From positions 1-55,879 of the forward strand of contig CAXAGT010000004.1 of assembly GCA_963968885.1 (NCBI GenBank): DNA of 55,879 nucleotides, given 5' to 3'. Position 1 is the first letter of the stretch. The number at the start of each line of letters is the position of its first letter. The notes below the pieces were generated by a model. That model did not search any database, was not told the origin of the DNA, and worked only from the letters and a program-made list of their open reading frames with translations. The stretch is from an uncultured Candidatus Poseidoniales archaeon (GTDB lineage: Archaea > Thermoplasmatota > Poseidoniia > Poseidoniales > Poseidoniaceae). This document shows positions 52,692-55,879 of the stretch, one piece after another. The translations under genes and the position numbers were made by a program.

Positions 52692-54218
52692 TCAGACCTT
52701 TGGAAGGGGCAAATCCCCGTGCTTTCTAGCCCTTAGGATACGGCGCAGTCTCTTCTTGAAAGGATTGAAAGCGAATCTTCGAATCCTTGTAGTCCAGACT
52801 AAAGATGAAATAATTTCTCCCTCAGGGTTACTTACGTTAACAATCACAAGGTTATCTCCATAAACATCCTTTGGCCATGATAATCTAAGCCACATAATTG
52901 CACTGTTCTCCATGAAATGCGGCAACTTCTCAATTACGTCAATTTCTTCATCTGAGTGTAAATCCAATGGTTCAGAAAATTTCCCACATGGTTTTAGTGT
53001 GATTTTATGTTCCCGAGTTTTGGGCTCGCCGGATGGTGTTATGATTTCTAGAATACAATCTTGCTTTTTGTTAGTATGATTAGTCAGTGCAATGAAAAGA
53101 TGACCGATTCCAAACTCAGAATACTCATCCAATGCCCCATCCACTCTCAATCCGGCGTAGGAAGGCAACTTCCCTCTGATCAAGTCATCTTGGAGCCGAC
53201 CGATTAGTTTAGATGAGCTTGGTTGCCAAGCCCTTGCATGCAAAATCAGTCTTTGGATGGTTCTCCAATTTAACTTAGCGTCGTCATCCAATAGGAGGGA
53301 ATCAATTCCTTCTTGGGTTAAGATAGATCTAACTTCTTTCATTGCAACTTCGTCTGAAATTGTACCTTTTGCGTTCAAAAATAAGATGTACAAAAGCCTC
53401 TCTCTAACATGATTTAGTGAAAATTCAGGTTTTATGGCATTAGATAATTGTATAATCCATTCGTCCCAGTCAATCCTCAAGTCTGGGTCTAAATGCGCTT
53501 CCAGAATTGCTCCGAACATTGTGTCGAATTGAGTGGAATGATGAGTGGGGGCATAGGATGAGAGAACAGGAAATTTATCCCCCATCTGCTGAATTAGATT
53601 AGATGTAAGCGATGCATGGATTGATTGGATTACACCCAAAATTGCGCTAAATAATAGAGTAATCAGCCAAGGTTTGCTACCTGCATCGACAACTGTTGAA
53701 GCACACAATAGTGCAATTGATGATAAAACAAGAATTGTTTGAATAGCGTTTGTTTTGAGCATATTCACGTGGTCATCAGTAACTAAATCCATTCCCGGGC
53801 GACTGTCTAGGTCGTATTGTAATCCAAAACCTCCATCCTTACGCAGACCTTTTTTTGAGTCGCTGGCAAGCCTAGAATATTCTCCACAGGCCCAAGCAGG
53901 ACCCAAACAAAGCAGCACTGCTGGAGTCCAAAAAGCAATAATGAATAGCGTGTATGTTTTGAAATTATCAGCTAACACGAAGGTTATGAAAACGTGGGAA
54001 AATATGAGCAAACCAAGTGCCATTCTTAGGTAAATGGATATTCTATTTCTTGCGATATTACCCCATAGTATCCTATTTTTTTCATATCGCTCCCAATCCA
54101 GCTTACTGGAATTCATCGCATCATCTGCTTTTGAATAATCATCTCCATACGGCTGCGGCATCTCCAAAGGTTGACGCAAATTCGAGATGCCAGCACCAGA
54201 GGACATTTGACTCATCAC
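52692..54218 (-). CDS. hypothetical membrane protein (508 aa)
   Basis: About four TM helices in the first 210 aa, then a ~300-aa soluble region. No recognisable motifs. Confidence 0.5.
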   Translation of the reverse strand: MMSQMSSGAGISNLRQPLEMPQPYGDDYSKADDAMNSSKLDWERYEKNRILWGNIARNRISIYLRMALGLLIFSHVFITFVLADNFKTYTLFIIAFWTPAVLLCLGPAWACGEYSRLASDSKKGLRKDGGFGLQYDLDSRPGMDLVTDDHVNMLKTNAIQTILVLSSIALLCASTVVDAGSKPWLITLLFSAILGVIQSIHASLTSNLIQQMGDKFPVLSSYAPTHHSTQFDTMFGAILEAHLDPDLRIDWDEWIIQLSNAIKPEFSLNHVRERLLYILFLNAKGTISDEVAMKEVRSILTQEGIDSLLLDDDAKLNWRTIQRLILHARAWQPSSSKLIGRLQDDLIRGKLPSYAGLRVDGALDEYSEFGIGHLFIALTNHTNKKQDCILEIITPSGEPKTREHKITLKPCGKFSEPLDLHSDEEIDVIEKLPHFMENSAIMWLRLSWPKDVYGDNLVIVNVSNPEGEIISSLVWTTRIRRFAFNPFKKRLRRILRARKHGDLPLPKV

Positions 54219-54268
54219 CCCTAATACCTGTTATCTTAAGTGGGCTTCGCCAATCAAAGGATATTTGT

Positions 54269-55258
54269 TTAAAATTTAGTATATTCTGGACCAATTCCAC
54301 ATTCAATCTTACCTGAATTCCAATAGCCCCTGTACATCAAAGTAGTCTGAAATGGTAAAATCACCTCTCCTCTACTTGAAACTGCAATTAATCCCCCCCT
54401 TCCGTTTAATGGTTTCACAAGTTCAAGGACATCAGTGCCGGCTTGACTCAGCGGATTATCTCCGTCTTGAAGGTAGGTTTTGTATCGGTTTGCAACTTCA
54501 TGAGCAGCACAGATTCTGATAAATGCCTCTCCAACTCCGGTGCACGAAATAGCCACGTTTTGGTCCGCCCATGTGCCAGCGCCGATTATAGGTGTATCAC
54601 CAATTCTTCCATCTGGTTTTCCCGTCATTCCGCCGGTAGAAGTGGCCGCTGCAAGCCTTCCGTGATTGTCTAAAACAACAGCACCCACAGTTCCAGTTTG
54701 TGTATCTTCCTCCACATCTAAATCGTGGTCTAAAACCGCATTATCATCTTCATCAGTTGACCCGGGCCTAGAATTTGCAGTTTTCCATTTATGCCATTGT
54801 GCTTTTCTCAAATCTGTAATCAAATCTGTATTCTTTACTTCCTTGCATCCATTTTGTATTGCCCAAGAATCTGCAGAGTTCGAATTTAACATTACAGGCC
54901 AGCCATTTTGTAGTATTTTTTCAGCGGCATTTATGGGATTTTTCAAGCGCTTTGAATTTACTATGGAACCGGCAGCCCCATCGCAGCCTCTCATTATCGA
55001 AGCATCCATTGTTACTGTGCCGTCAGCAGCTATTACGCTTCCTTTGCCAGCATTGTATAACTCTTCATCTTCCATAATCGAAACAGCCATTCTAGCAGCT
55101 TCAAGAGCATCGATTTTTTCAGATTCTAATGCCTTACCTACTCTCTGTAAAACATCTCTCATGCAGTTAAGTCGCTGAGGATCTAAATCAGTCATCCCTT
55201 TCCAAGGGCCGTCTCCACCTGCCCCTCCATGGATGGCGATAATCGCCACGTCCATCAC
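54269..55258 (-). CDS. isoaspartyl peptidase/L-asparaginase (Ntn hydrolase)
   Basis: Contains IAIHGGAGG, the autoprocessing/nucleophile context GTVGAVVLD, and GDTPIIGAGTWAD. Confidence 0.9.
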   Translation of the reverse strand: MMDVAIIAIHGGAGGDGPWKGMTDLDPQRLNCMRDVLQRVGKALESEKIDALEAARMAVSIMEDEELYNAGKGSVIAADGTVTMDASIMRGCDGAAGSIVNSKRLKNPINAAEKILQNGWPVMLNSNSADSWAIQNGCKEVKNTDLITDLRKAQWHKWKTANSRPGSTDEDDNAVLDHDLDVEEDTQTGTVGAVVLDNHGRLAAATSTGGMTGKPDGRIGDTPIIGAGTWADQNVAISCTGVGEAFIRICAAHEVANRYKTYLQDGDNPLSQAGTDVLELVKPLNGRGGLIAVSSRGEVILPFQTTLMYRGYWNSGKIECGIGPEYTKF

Positions 55259-55839
55259 TCCATTCTTACTGAGATGATCTTCTGGGGTTGTTTTGGCCTA
55301 TCACTCCTGCTAGTAGGAGTATTTTCGATAGCCCTGACAACATCCATGCCTTCTATTACTCGTCCGAATACAGGATGTGCCGACGGTGACGTTTTATCCC
55401 ACCAGTCAAGGAAATTGTTGTGTTTAGTATTGATGAAAAATTGAGAGCCACCAGAATCCGGTCGTCCAGTGTTAGCCATCGATAAAGTTCCGACTTCATT
55501 TGTATATTGAGCGTTTTCAGGATGCTCATCGGGAATGTTTCCGCCACGATTTCGGACGATTGTTTTACCCTCACTTGTAGTGTATTTCCCTCCGCCTTTT
55601 GGTCCACCAGTGCCGGCGTGCTGAGAATTTGGGTCGACAGAATAAGGGCAACCTGCTTGGAGCATGAATCCCTTGATAACTCGATGAAAATGAAGCCCAT
55701 CATAGTAGCCCTGTTGAACAAGGTCGGCGAAATTGCCAGCTGTGATGGGCATTGTTTCGGTAAAGAGTTCGATGGTGATGTTTCCTGCTGTGGTCTCCAT
55801 AATTGCCTGCATGTTGTCGGCTAATTGCTGATACTTCAT
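55255..55839 (-). CDS. peptidyl-prolyl cis-trans isomerase, cyclophilin type
   Basis: Contains FHRVIKGFMLQAG and GGSQFFI. I prefer ATG 55839 over the track TTG at 55872. It overlaps the downstream gene by 4 nt. Confidence 0.9.
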   Translation of the reverse strand: MKYQQLADNMQAIMETTAGNITIELFTETMPITAGNFADLVQQGYYDGLHFHRVIKGFMLQAGCPYSVDPNSQHAGTGGPKGGGKYTTSEGKTIVRNRGGNIPDEHPENAQYTNEVGTLSMANTGRPDSGGSQFFINTKHNNFLDWWDKTSPSAHPVFGRVIEGMDVVRAIENTPTSRSDRPKQPQKIISVRME

Positions 55840-55879
55840 GAGTATTTTCTTATTCCAAATATTCAAAATCAAATTGGCT

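Overview
This is an archaeal chromosomal segment. The markers are TFB, topoisomerase VI A/B, RNA polymerase subunit P, an RFC small-subunit homologue, an archaeal-type phosphopantothenate synthetase and a stand-alone GMP-synthase amidotransferase subunit. By eye it is moderately AT-rich and densely coding on both strands. Many starts are preceded by Shine-Dalgarno-like GGAGG/GGTGA boxes, and several gene pairs overlap by 4 nt. The gene content (a giant vWA/CARDB surface protein, a PlsC-like acyltransferase, TCA-cycle enzymes) resembles marine planktonic Euryarchaeota such as Poseidoniales/MGII, but I cannot verify that here. I call about 57 CDS, including two below the 60-aa ORF-track cutoff, and 2 tRNAs (Asp-GUC, Arg-CCU). 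I found no rRNA, CRISPR array, integrase, transposase or prophage signature, so most of the window is ordinary housekeeping. I do not see a self-evident novel multi-gene system. The candidates worth a second look are: (1) a same-strand string of two tandem TerB-like genes, a stand-alone Eco57I/PglX-like N6-adenine methyltransferase and a P-loop NTPase (24.9-28.5 kb); (2) a 1667-aa surface protein that appears to be a 7-blade propeller interrupted by a MIDAS vWA domain, followed by Ig-like modules, one TM helix and a short tail, which is integrin-alpha-like domain logic; (3) a four-gene operon of unassignable hairpin-TM/coiled-coil proteins (18.9-21.2 kb); (4) a flavoprotein/HIT/PlsC-like acyltransferase operon whose SdhA/NadB-like flavoprotein seems to have lost its catalytic His/Arg residues. 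All family calls come from by-eye motif recognition and need profile searches to confirm.
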